This document shows positions 7,639 to 16,463 of a DNA stretch of 32,000 nt, in pieces. Under the pieces are notes generated by a model. That model was not told where the DNA came from and did no database searches. It saw only the letters and a list, made by a program, of their open reading frames with translations. The stretch is from Planctomyces sp. (GTDB lineage Bacteria; Planctomycetota; Planctomycetia; Planctomycetales; Planctomycetaceae): assembly GCA_046345315.1 (NCBI GenBank), contig JBKDKA010000111.1, forward strand, positions 2,062 through 34,061, given 5' to 3'. A program made the position numbers and the translations under genes. Every line of letters begins with the position of its first letter. Positions within the stretch are counted from its first letter, which is position 1.

Positions 7639-10230
7639 TCAGAGAATCGGCAACGGGCTGCTTTTCGCTTCCAGTCGACCTCGAGTCACTCCGACCTGAT
7701 TCGCTGCGTTGAGCTCTTTCCAGACGCGGGGGCCGGGTATCTGTCCTTTGAGCAGATCTGTGTAAAGATTCAGGATTTTCCGAATCTCTTCCGTCGTGTC
7801 GCGAAGAAGTTCAACACGAAACGATCGAACTCCCCCAGCCAGGAGTTCCGACACAATTTCCGAAGAACTCTGCGGGACGGCATTGAACAGCGTGTTCCGG
7901 CATCCAACATCAGCAACAAGCGGGTGATCGATACCCGTGCGATCACGAAGTTCGACCTTGTGAACATCGCACGGCCGACCACAGTTTGTTTTGTTCGTGC
8001 CCGGTGAAAGCACCGAACAGAACACACAGTGCTCCATATGAAACATCGGCATGTGCTGATGAATCACGACTTCCAGCCATTCCGGTGGCACTTCGCGAAC
8101 AAGATCCAGGAGCTGTTCCCGATTGAGATCGTAGGATGCTGTCACACGGCGCACTCCCCGATGCAGCAGATCCCCAGCGGTGAGTTCATTGGTGACGTTC
8201 AGGGAGAAGTCCGCAATCACGGGTATGCACTGTTCACGAAACCACCCGAGCCCACTCAGATTTCGAACAAGCACTCCGTGAGTCTGATGTTTCTGAATCA
8301 GACGAAAGATTCCCATCTCTTCGGGTTTCTGAATCCGCGGTGTTGCCAGCCAGAGCGGAATCGCATGGTCCTTGCCGCAATGATTCGCCATGAACTCCGC
8401 TGCGTCACGAAACTCCCGAATGTCCTGAAAATCCGCGATCACGGAATAGTGCAGCGAATCGCGATGCTCCGCAGAACTCCGATGCATCACGTCGCTGGTC
8501 ACAAACTCCACCACATCCCTCAGCTGACTCATCGAACGACAGAGAACACTGAGCTCAACGGGAGATGAGGGATCGGAAATGTCAGAACGAGCGGATTGCT
8601 CTTCGAAGCCTGCCAGCAGTCCACTACGCAGTTCCGGCAGAACAGATTCCGTCGCGATCTGACGCCGCTGACTCGGAATGGACGCACCAAGCTGTTCGAT
8701 CATCTGACGACGCACTTGCCCGAGAACGCTGAGTGGTATCATAGGGCTTCCGGAGATCTCCGTCTCGATCATCGTCGCTTCGTAGACGGTCGCCCCCAGT
8801 CGGTTGAGGTGACTCGAAAGCAGCTCGGAGGTTGCAGCATGCTTTCTGGCAGCTTCCAGCGGCTGTTCCGACATGACTGTGCAGGACGCGCCGTTGGCAG
8901 CTTCGGCTCGCACCTGCAATGGTTCGCCGGTGACAGCCTTCACGAACAGTGACAACGGAACCTTTCGCTGCGGGTCGGCATTCTGGTAGCTTCGCCTGAG
9001 CTCTTCGTTCAGCCGGGGATCATCGGTTTTCCAGATTTTCTGCCCCGGAACAATCTGACTCAGATCAATAGCTCGACGATCGAAACTCAGTTCGACGATT
9101 CCGGACTCCACGGGAGTCTTCTGCAGAATCTCACGACGGAACACCTCGTAGACCCGGCCGCCCTGTTCGGTCCCCGAAATCCGGTCACCGTCGAACACGA
9201 TACCATCGCCCGCAGCGACGGAGTATTCGAGATCCACGGAAACACTGTCACGGTGAACTGCGGTGACGGTTCCCAGAAGAACACCTCGCTTCGAAGAACT
9301 CAGTCCGGGAACCAGCATTTTATGGTCACAGCCCTGCAGCCAGCCGGGTGAGAATCCTCTGGAGAACGACTGCTCCATCTGCTTTTGCTGCCGTTGAGTG
9401 AACTTCACTGGCTTTCCGGCCATGGCAGCATCAATCGCTTCACGGTAATGTCGCGTGATGTTCGCGACATACTCCGGTGTCTTGAGTCGGCCTTCGATTT
9501 TGAACGACGACACGCCGGCATCGATCAGCTCCTGTGTCAGCGAATAAGCCGCCAGATCCTGTGGGCTGAGCAGATATTTCTGGTCGCCAAGATCGCGGAG
9601 CTCATCATCGCAGACCAGTTCCCACGGAAGCCGACATGCCTGAGCACACTGACCACGATTCGCGCTGCGACCTCCCAGAGCTTCGCTCGTCAGGCATTGC
9701 CCGGAGTAAGCCACACAGAGAGCCCCGTGAACGAACACTTCGATTTCAATATCCGATCGGCTGCGGATCATCCGGATTTCGTCCAGTGACAATTCCCGCG
9801 CCAGTACGACTCTTGAAATGCCGAGGTCCCGGATTTCGTTCAGGCATTCGGCGCTCGTGATTGTCATCTGAGTGGAGGCATGCAGACTCAATTCCGGACA
9901 GACGGCACGGCAGAGCCTTGCGACACCGAGATCCTGAACGAGCACCGCGTCAACGCCCGACTGTGCGAGAACCCGAATCAGTGACTCCAGAGACTCAAGT
10001 TCGTCTGTGAACGCCAGCGTATTCAGCGTGACATATCCACGAACACCCCGCTCATGCAGGAAACGCATTGTCGCGGCAAGTTCTGATGAATCGAAGTTCC
10101 TCGCTCGAGCTCGTGCGTTATGTCCGTCCGCCAGCCCGAAGTAAACTGCATCCGCGCCGTTCTCCACTGCCGCTCGAACGCATTCCGAATCGCCAGCCGG
10201 AGCGAGCAGTTCGGGAGCACACTTCTGCAT
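7639..10230 (-). CDS. Peptidase U32 family protein (collagenase-like; YegQ/RlhA-type) with C-terminal extension
   Basis: ELLAPAGDSECVRAAVENGADAVYFG; IEVFVHGALCVAYSGQCLTSEALGGRSANRGQCAQACRLPWEL; VSSFKIEGRLKTPEYVANITRHYREAIDAA; MFHMEHCVFC. Confidence 0.92.
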   Translation of the reverse strand: MQKCAPELLAPAGDSECVRAAVENGADAVYFGLADGHNARARARNFDSSELAATMRFLHERGVRGYVTLNTLAFTDELESLESLIRVLAQSGVDAVLVQDLGVARLCRAVCPELSLHASTQMTITSAECLNEIRDLGISRVVLARELSLDEIRMIRSRSDIEIEVFVHGALCVAYSGQCLTSEALGGRSANRGQCAQACRLPWELVCDDELRDLGDQKYLLSPQDLAAYSLTQELIDAGVSSFKIEGRLKTPEYVANITRHYREAIDAAMAGKPVKFTQRQQKQMEQSFSRGFSPGWLQGCDHKMLVPGLSSSKRGVLLGTVTAVHRDSVSVDLEYSVAAGDGIVFDGDRISGTEQGGRVYEVFRREILQKTPVESGIVELSFDRRAIDLSQIVPGQKIWKTDDPRLNEELRRSYQNADPQRKVPLSLFVKAVTGEPLQVRAEAANGASCTVMSEQPLEAARKHAATSELLSSHLNRLGATVYEATMIETEISGSPMIPLSVLGQVRRQMIEQLGASIPSQRRQIATESVLPELRSGLLAGFEEQSARSDISDPSSPVELSVLCRSMSQLRDVVEFVTSDVMHRSSAEHRDSLHYSVIADFQDIREFRDAAEFMANHCGKDHAIPLWLATPRIQKPEEMGIFRLIQKHQTHGVLVRNLSGLGWFREQCIPVIADFSLNVTNELTAGDLLHRGVRRVTASYDLNREQLLDLVREVPPEWLEVVIHQHMPMFHMEHCVFCSVLSPGTNKTNCGRPCDVHKVELRDRTGIDHPLVADVGCRNTLFNAVPQSSSEIVSELLAGGVRSFRVELLRDTTEEIRKILNLYTDLLKGQIPGPRVWKELNAANQVGVTRGRLEAKSSPLPIL

Positions 10231-11366
10231 TACTGTTCCGTTTCTCTTTCGTTTCGATAACCTCGAGCCTGAAGGAACTGCTGAACGGTCTGTTTCCCGG
10301 TCAGATGTCCAAGTCCGACAGCAAAGAAGTACGAATCCTGCGGATGTTTCTTCATCAGGTCGTCGGCAGCTTCGGCCATCACACGATTACGATCATACAA
10401 CAGGCCCGAGAGAATTTTATCGGTGAGTTCCCGACTCAGCCCGATTCGCTGAAATTCTTCCTCGAAGAGCGTTTCGAACTTTGTAATGTCACCTTCGGAG
10501 TAAACATCAAGAATTTCTTCGATTCGGTCAACACCTTCGTCGTCATCAGTGTCCATGCCATCGAGCGTTGCCTTCAGAAACTCTGTCTGTTCTTCGATCG
10601 TCAGCGCAGTGATTCCTCGAAGCTGGTCATCCGGAGACTCCAGACCACCGATCCGTTTTCTTCTTTGAGTGGCTGAAAAGTAAAGCCGCATATCCAGGGG
10701 CATTCGCCCCGGATGTCGAGCCTGAGCCTGAAGATTTCCCAGCAGGAGGGGCCAGATTCCAACCTGAACATCCGGAACCTGGCCCCGTACGAACATCGGC
10801 GAAAGCTTTTTCAGCCGCTGATCAAGCCGATCAATCAGTTCCGCAGAGATAAGCTCGTCCAGTGATTCACCGTCCGGAAGTGAAATGGCTTTTGTCTGAG
10901 CACCAGTGTTTTTGATAAAGTCAATCTCGAAATACGCCGCATTGGCGTCATCGAAAGCCGACTGCACGAGCGGATGCAGTGTCGTCACTTCTTCATCCGG
11001 TACATGAATCGTTCCGAATATCCACGACGTTGGGGTCTGAGGCTCACCTGCCGGATCCGCTTTCACGATCCTCCACAGAAACGGCTGTCGGACCGCTGCT
11101 TCCGACTCCTTCTTCACCTCAGCATCGGAGCTCACAGAGCTCTCTGCTTCAGATCCGGAGACGCTCGAAAAGGAAACCGAAAACAGCAGGAGACAAACCC
11201 ACCACCGGGAATTCCTCGCTCGGCATTTCCATCCTGTCAGGAAGAGGCCGGAAACCCGATTCCGAACCGTTCTGCTCCATATATCATGACATCGGTATCT
11301 GGTAACACGTATCTCTGATGGCTTCGTACTCGACACGGAAGAATCCTGTGCTGTCGCGATGATCAA
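10230..11366 (-). CDS. TraB/GumN-family putative exported protein
   Basis: TSWIFGTIHVPDEEVTTLHPLVQSAFDDANAAYFEID, DGESLDELIS, VFFAVGLGHLTGKQTVQQFLQARGY; hydrophobic segment WWVCLLLFSVSFSSVSG. TAATG overlap with the U32 start suggests translational coupling. N-terminal start uncertain. Confidence 0.7.
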   Translation of the reverse strand: MIIATAQDSSVSSTKPSEIRVTRYRCHDIWSRTVRNRVSGLFLTGWKCRARNSRWWVCLLLFSVSFSSVSGSEAESSVSSDAEVKKESEAAVRQPFLWRIVKADPAGEPQTPTSWIFGTIHVPDEEVTTLHPLVQSAFDDANAAYFEIDFIKNTGAQTKAISLPDGESLDELISAELIDRLDQRLKKLSPMFVRGQVPDVQVGIWPLLLGNLQAQARHPGRMPLDMRLYFSATQRRKRIGGLESPDDQLRGITALTIEEQTEFLKATLDGMDTDDDEGVDRIEEILDVYSEGDITKFETLFEEEFQRIGLSRELTDKILSGLLYDRNRVMAEAADDLMKKHPQDSYFFAVGLGHLTGKQTVQQFLQARGYRNERETEQ

Positions 11367-11715
11367 AAAGAGCCAGGATTGAATTTCCCGAGGGCTGGCT
11401 CAAACGGAACCCGCATCGTATCGATCAGATGGTATTCATCAGACGGATGACCACTGTCGAGAAACTCGGTCCGCACATTTCGGATAGTGATCACAGAGGG
11501 ACCGAAAGTCTTCCGGAGCGATCGACGGAAATGCCCGATTCTCAATTTTTGGGCACCGTGAACCCAGTCCGTTGCCCTGGCTTTCGGTAGCAGGTCGGTT
11601 GTGCCTCGATCGATTGCTGCATCGAGTACCGTTGTTGTGCCGTCATCGCATAATGCTGATGCGTTCTGTTGCCAACCTTTTGATTGCGATTCTGCCCCGG
11701 ATGTGGAAACACATA

Positions 11716-12531
11716 TCAGCTTTGGGAACTACCCGAGGTGCGCAGAAACCTCTGTTTTCCATCCGCGTGAATCAGGTGCAGTTGTCCGTGGAAATCTTCA
11801 ATCAGGGCGGAACAGCTTTCGATCCAGTCACCAGTATTGCAGTAGGTGATCCCATCCAGTTCGAGGACCTGCGGAGCATGGATGTGTCCGCAGATGATGC
11901 CATCACAGAAACGGTGACGTGCATGTCTAGTGAGGTTGCTCTGAAACCTACGCACATGCTGCTGAATTCCGGAAACAGCAGCCTTGAATCGGCTGATCAT
12001 CGACGATTCCCCGGCAAGAGAAGAACGCGTCAGACATCCCCACAGCCGGTTGACCTGCAGCAGTGCTTCGTAACAGACGCTCAACGCCCATCTTGATATT
12101 CGCGATTTCTGTTCGCAGTGGTCAAACTGATCTCCGTGCATTACCAGAAAACGCCGACCGTCAGCCAACAGATGATGAAACTCTTCATCGACAGTGATTC
12201 CGGGGTTCTGGCAGAGCAACGACTGGATGACAGAGGTGCGAAGGAAGTTGTCGTGGTTTCCCACGGCAAGATGGATGCGGGTTCCGTTTCGCGACAACTC
12301 CAGCAGTCGCTGAATGACGAGACTGCATTCTGGCTGCCAATGCCAGCGTTTCCGGACACACCAGCCATCGATGAAGTCACCGACGATATAAAGCCATTCC
12401 GGCTCATAGGTTCGCAGCAGCTTCAGAAGCGGCTCAACCTGAGAATGTCGAAAGCCGAGGTGCAGATCACTGATAAAGAGGCTTCGAACGGAAAGGTTGC
12501 GTTTCACGTAACTTCGATTCGGCACATCCAT
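11716..12531 (-). CDS. Metallophosphoesterase, UDP-2,3-diacylglucosamine diphosphatase (LpxH)-like
   Basis: LFISDLHLGFRHSQ, EWLYIVGDFIDGWCVRKRWHW, IHLAVGNHDNFLRT, FLVMHGDQFD, DGIICGHIHAPQVLELDGITYCNTGDWIESCSALIED. Start chosen at ATG 12531 (MDVPNRSYVKRN). Confidence 0.85.
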   Translation of the reverse strand: MDVPNRSYVKRNLSVRSLFISDLHLGFRHSQVEPLLKLLRTYEPEWLYIVGDFIDGWCVRKRWHWQPECSLVIQRLLELSRNGTRIHLAVGNHDNFLRTSVIQSLLCQNPGITVDEEFHHLLADGRRFLVMHGDQFDHCEQKSRISRWALSVCYEALLQVNRLWGCLTRSSLAGESSMISRFKAAVSGIQQHVRRFQSNLTRHARHRFCDGIICGHIHAPQVLELDGITYCNTGDWIESCSALIEDFHGQLHLIHADGKQRFLRTSGSSQS

Positions 12532-12557
12532 GTGGCACTCTCTCCTTAGACTGACCT

Positions 12558-13418
12558 TCAGCGAAGCAGCGGACTGACATGTGTTCGGACGAAGGCAGCA
12601 TTCGTCGCTCCAAAATGTCCGCCAAAATTCCATTCACGAATCATCGCGGCGCGATATCTCACCTGATGCAGCCGAGGCTGCGATTCTGTCAGCGACTGTG
12701 TTTTCAGTTTTTCTCGAAAGCCAAGTGCCCCGGCAGAGAATGCGTGCCGACGATCCATTGTGCCGAACATCAAGGTACCGAGACCAACGGTCGGCATGTC
12801 CAGCGGAGAATAAAAATTCCAGATGCCGCGAGTGGTTCGACCTGTGAGTTCGTCGACAGCAAAATCACGCGATATTGCGGCTGCGAGAAGGATCACCGTC
12901 GAGACTTTCAGATGTTCCGGCATTGCCTGCAGGACAAAAAGTGCCATCCCCGCGCCGGCAGAATGACCAATCAGGTGAACCGAACGGCCCGGGAAGCTGT
13001 TCAGATAGCCCACCAGAACCCTTGCAACTTCCCGGGCCTGAGATCGATTATGACGTTCCATGGTCAGGTAAAACGGATTCCACGGACGGGACTTGCGCCA
13101 GTCGATGATCATGACTGCATGCGGAAGACCGGACGCAACCACACCCAGAGCAATACTGTCGTTGACGGAACTTCGCCCTTCGATCCCCGGCAGAATCACG
13201 ACCAGCCCGTTTTGTTTTCTCTGTGGAGAATCCAGATCGCAGCTGAATCTGACGCCGCGTTCTCCGAATGGGGCCAGTCCCAGCGAAAAAGCCGATCGGG
13301 CTCCGAGACGAAGGTTGCCGTCATGCTGCAGAGAATCGCGGACCGTAACGCTCTTTCGATCCCGCCGTAGTTCTGAATCCGGTTTGAAGCGCAAGTCGAT
13401 GCTTCCATCAAAAGACAA
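12558..13418 (-). CDS. Alpha/beta hydrolase-like protein
   Basis: VNDSIALGVVASGLPHAVMIIDWRKS ... GRSVHLIGHSAGAGMALFVLQAMPEHLKVSTVILLAAAIS: GHSAG nucleophile elbow followed by AxxxxR. Confidence 0.75.
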   Translation of the reverse strand: MSFDGSIDLRFKPDSELRRDRKSVTVRDSLQHDGNLRLGARSAFSLGLAPFGERGVRFSCDLDSPQRKQNGLVVILPGIEGRSSVNDSIALGVVASGLPHAVMIIDWRKSRPWNPFYLTMERHNRSQAREVARVLVGYLNSFPGRSVHLIGHSAGAGMALFVLQAMPEHLKVSTVILLAAAISRDFAVDELTGRTTRGIWNFYSPLDMPTVGLGTLMFGTMDRRHAFSAGALGFREKLKTQSLTESQPRLHQVRYRAAMIREWNFGGHFGATNAAFVRTHVSPLLR

Positions 13419-13941
13419 TCGCCAGACTGATCTCGCTGATGATCAAACCAAAGACCGCTCCCAGAATGACATCCGTCGGATAGTGAAGTCCGAGGATCAC
13501 TCGGGAGAGAGCCGTCAGCAGAGTAAAGAGTCCAAGCACAGGCACGAGTCCGGGAAACCAGGCGCAGGCGATCGTAGAAAAAGCCACCGCGTGCATCGTA
13601 TGTCCGGACGGAAAACTGTACTTGTCCAGCGCGTGTGTGCCTGTCTGAATGGCGCTGTAGACGGCTCCCGGACGAGGTCGCTGAGCAGCTCCCTTCACGA
13701 GACTGTAAACCAGCAGCGTTGCGAGGCTGGAAATGCCCATGTGCGCGGATGCCTTGAACCCATCCACTCCCTGAAACAGGGGCAGCAGCAGCATAAGGGT
13801 GTACCAGATTCTTCCGTTTCCAAGCAGACTCACTGAAACGAAGAACTGACTGACGCCCCACCAGCGGCTCAGGCGATTCAGGAATATCGTCACTGCCCGA
13901 TCAGCGTCTACCACCTGCTTCATCAGTGAATTCTGAATCAT
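13408..13941 (-). CDS. PAP2 superfamily phosphatase (membrane)
   Basis: KGAAQRPRPG, YSFPSGHTMHAVAFSTIA, SRVILGLHYPTDVILGAVFG: the three PAP2 signature motifs; TM segments; 11-nt overlap with the hydrolase gene. Confidence 0.9.
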   Translation of the reverse strand: MIQNSLMKQVVDADRAVTIFLNRLSRWWGVSQFFVSVSLLGNGRIWYTLMLLLPLFQGVDGFKASAHMGISSLATLLVYSLVKGAAQRPRPGAVYSAIQTGTHALDKYSFPSGHTMHAVAFSTIACAWFPGLVPVLGLFTLLTALSRVILGLHYPTDVILGAVFGLIISEISLAIVF

Positions 13942-14048
13942 GCGATTTCAGTCCTCGTCTGAATTGATCTCTCCTTCGCATGGCCGAGAGATCCATGTGC
14001 TGATCCCCTCGCTGCGACTCCTTCCGGATACAGTTTCGAACCTGATGA

Positions 14049-15299
14049 TTAAGTTCGATGCGCTCGTGATGTGTAATTCTGGTGAAGAGCCGCCGCGACC
14101 TGAAAAAGGCGAACGAGGGTCTGTGTACAGATTCTTGCTGCGCGTGACACACGCTCGGAGGTCATCTGTGCCGGAATACAACCGTCGATTGCCTGTTGAT
14201 AGTTTCTTCTGACTGACATCGCCGCTTCGTTCCATGTTCGAGCTGATGCTGAACGCACTGCAGCGTCGGAGATCTGCTGTCGAAACTCCGGCTGATTAAG
14301 CAACTGACGCAGGTAGCCGACAGCCTCCGCTTCACAACCAGGTTCGTAAAGAAAACCATCAATACCGTGATTGACCAGACTCGGAACTCCGCCTGCAGCT
14401 GCTGCGCAGACTGGCAGACCAGAGGCCATGGCTTCCAGGATGACGTTACCCATGGTCTCAGTTTCCGATGCATAGACGAATGCATCAGCAGACGCGTAAG
14501 CCTCTGCGAGTTTTTCTCCCTCCAGATAGCCAATGAATGTTGCCGGGTATCCCGCAAACAACCTTTCGAGCTCCTCTCTCTGAGGTCCACCTCCAACGAT
14601 TGCCAGCCGAGCCTCAGGCACCTGCCGGAGAATCCTGATCAGAAACTCAACATTCTTTTCCGGAGCAAGTCTCGATACTGTCAGTAGCAGAGGTGACTCC
14701 GGATGATCTCCGGAAAGTTTTCTCCTCATCGCATCAGATCTGCGATTCGGTGAATACATCGTCGCGTCGACAGCGGGAGGCCATAACGTCACACGCTCGA
14801 AACCTCGCTGCCGGAGTTCCTGCTCGATCGGGACAGAAACTGTCAGATTCACGGCGGCACGGTTGTGGTAACTCTTCGACAGCCACCAGATCAGTTTCGA
14901 AACGGAGCTGAGGCCCCGATACTTTTTTACGAACTCACCGTAGAGTGTGTGAAAAGAAAACACGATCGGGATGTTGACAGGTTCCCGGGAGATCAGGTCG
15001 TAGCACTGAAATCCAAAAGCAAACGGATTCAGAAAATGGATAACGTCCGGCTGAAATTCTGCAAGACCATCAATCAGGGTTCGATCCGGCATTCCGATGA
15101 TGTACTCGGGATAACTGCTGCAGGGAAAGCCGCGGAATTCGATCACCGGCACGGGCGAATTCCTCGGTAGCTTCACTTCAGGGCAGATAACCAGAACTTC
15201 ATCACCTGCCTTCTGAAGCTGCTGAATCAGATTGACGGTGCGCCCGACAACGCCGTCAATCTTCGGCAGATAGACCTCTGAAATGATTGCGACCTTCAC
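14049..15299 (-). CDS. GT4-family glycosyltransferase (alpha-mannosyl/sulfoquinovosyl-transferase-like)
   Basis: VKVAIISEVYLPKIDGVVGRTVNLIQQL, PDVIHFLNPFAFG, SFHTLYGEFV, LTVSRLAPEKNVEFLI, AIVGGGPQREELE, FVYASETETMGNVILEAMASGLPVCAAAAGGVPSLVNHGIDGFLYEPG. Likely non-ATG start at 15299; ORF opens to 15371. Confidence 0.88.
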   Translation of the reverse strand: MKVAIISEVYLPKIDGVVGRTVNLIQQLQKAGDEVLVICPEVKLPRNSPVPVIEFRGFPCSSYPEYIIGMPDRTLIDGLAEFQPDVIHFLNPFAFGFQCYDLISREPVNIPIVFSFHTLYGEFVKKYRGLSSVSKLIWWLSKSYHNRAAVNLTVSVPIEQELRQRGFERVTLWPPAVDATMYSPNRRSDAMRRKLSGDHPESPLLLTVSRLAPEKNVEFLIRILRQVPEARLAIVGGGPQREELERLFAGYPATFIGYLEGEKLAEAYASADAFVYASETETMGNVILEAMASGLPVCAAAAGGVPSLVNHGIDGFLYEPGCEAEAVGYLRQLLNQPEFRQQISDAAVRSASARTWNEAAMSVRRNYQQAIDGCIPAQMTSERVSRAARICTQTLVRLFQVAAALHQNYTSRAHRT

Positions 15300-15399
15300 T
15301 GATGAAGTTCTCCCCGAGGAGCAGTGAAACACTCGAGCGGTTCTACATGGAGCAACTTTGGTCTCACGCACCGCCAGGGTCAGATCCTGCGGCTCTCAG

Positions 15400-16221
15400 T
15401 CAGTCTGCTGGTCTACGAGCAAGCACGATGACGATGCTGTGGTGATCACGTACCGGAAAGACTGTCCGATTCAGCACGGCCTTCTGCCAACGAGAGCATC
15501 GATGGAGTCCGACCTCCTCAATGAAAGGTGTCAGCCATCCGCCGTGATAGCCATACTCCATGAATGACTCGAAATTCGGAAACGATAGTCCGGGTTCAAA
15601 GGTTTCTGAAACCACGATTTCGAATCCGTGCTGCATCAGCACCTTCCGCACGTCCTGCTCGTTGTCGGGGCAGATCATCCCCTGCAGGTTCGGTGAACGA
15701 CCGCCGAAGAGCAGTTTCAGCAGAGGATGAGCGGATCGTTTCTGAAGTTCACTGTAGCCCGCCGTGGTACCGCCCACGAATGACCAGTAACCTCCCGGAA
15801 CAAGCTTCTCGAAGAGCCTTGGTGCAAGATGTGCGATTGGCACGAAGCCAGTGACGAAATGCGTGGCGACAAGTCCGAAATTCTCCCCGTTATGGTACCG
15901 ATCGACGTTGGCGCCATCATCGATCGTGGCGACAAGATCTGGCAGTTTCTGCTGTGCCAGTGCCACCATCTGTCGGGAGATATCAATACCGTGTGGTTCA
16001 ATGGCTCGATCAGATACTCGCCGCAGCCTGTCAAGGAACAGTCCCGTTCCCATCCCGATATCCAGTACTCGCAGTGGTGGCAGAATCCCGTTCATCACAT
16101 GTGCGTCACGAAGATGATTCAGAGCTCTGTCGAGAGAATCTCCTGTCACATTCTGCGGATCAAGGTCGTATTGTCCTGCGATCACATTGTCATACTGACG
16201 TTGTATCAACGCTGATTCCAT
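15400..16221 (-). CDS. SAM-dependent class I methyltransferase
   Basis: LRVLDIGMGTGLFLDRL (motif I), IEPHGIDISRQMVALAQQK, LVATHFVTGFVPI, KLVPGGYWSFVGG. Confidence 0.85.
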   Translation of the reverse strand: MESALIQRQYDNVIAGQYDLDPQNVTGDSLDRALNHLRDAHVMNGILPPLRVLDIGMGTGLFLDRLRRVSDRAIEPHGIDISRQMVALAQQKLPDLVATIDDGANVDRYHNGENFGLVATHFVTGFVPIAHLAPRLFEKLVPGGYWSFVGGTTAGYSELQKRSAHPLLKLLFGGRSPNLQGMICPDNEQDVRKVLMQHGFEIVVSETFEPGLSFPNFESFMEYGYHGGWLTPFIEEVGLHRCSRWQKAVLNRTVFPVRDHHSIVIVLARRPAD

Positions 16222-16463
16222 CAGCTGTATTCCTGCTACGGGTTTTGTGAGAACTTACCTGTTACGGTCGCGGCTTCCGAACACTCGACTGGATGAGGCG
16301 CTCGGAACTGATGCATCTGTCGACGCAGCGGTGGATCGTGTTCTGACGAGCTTCTGTTAAGAGGTTGCTTATTCCGTGTGAGCTTCGTGTTAACCAGAAG
16401 TGTTCATGAAATATTCCCAATGCGTTCATCATTTTCCGCATCAGAGTACCGACACTTTCGCAT

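Noticed and set aside
13948-14235. 95-aa minus-strand ORF
   Set aside because: Overlaps the C-terminal end of the glycosyltransferase out of frame and has no recognisable motifs.
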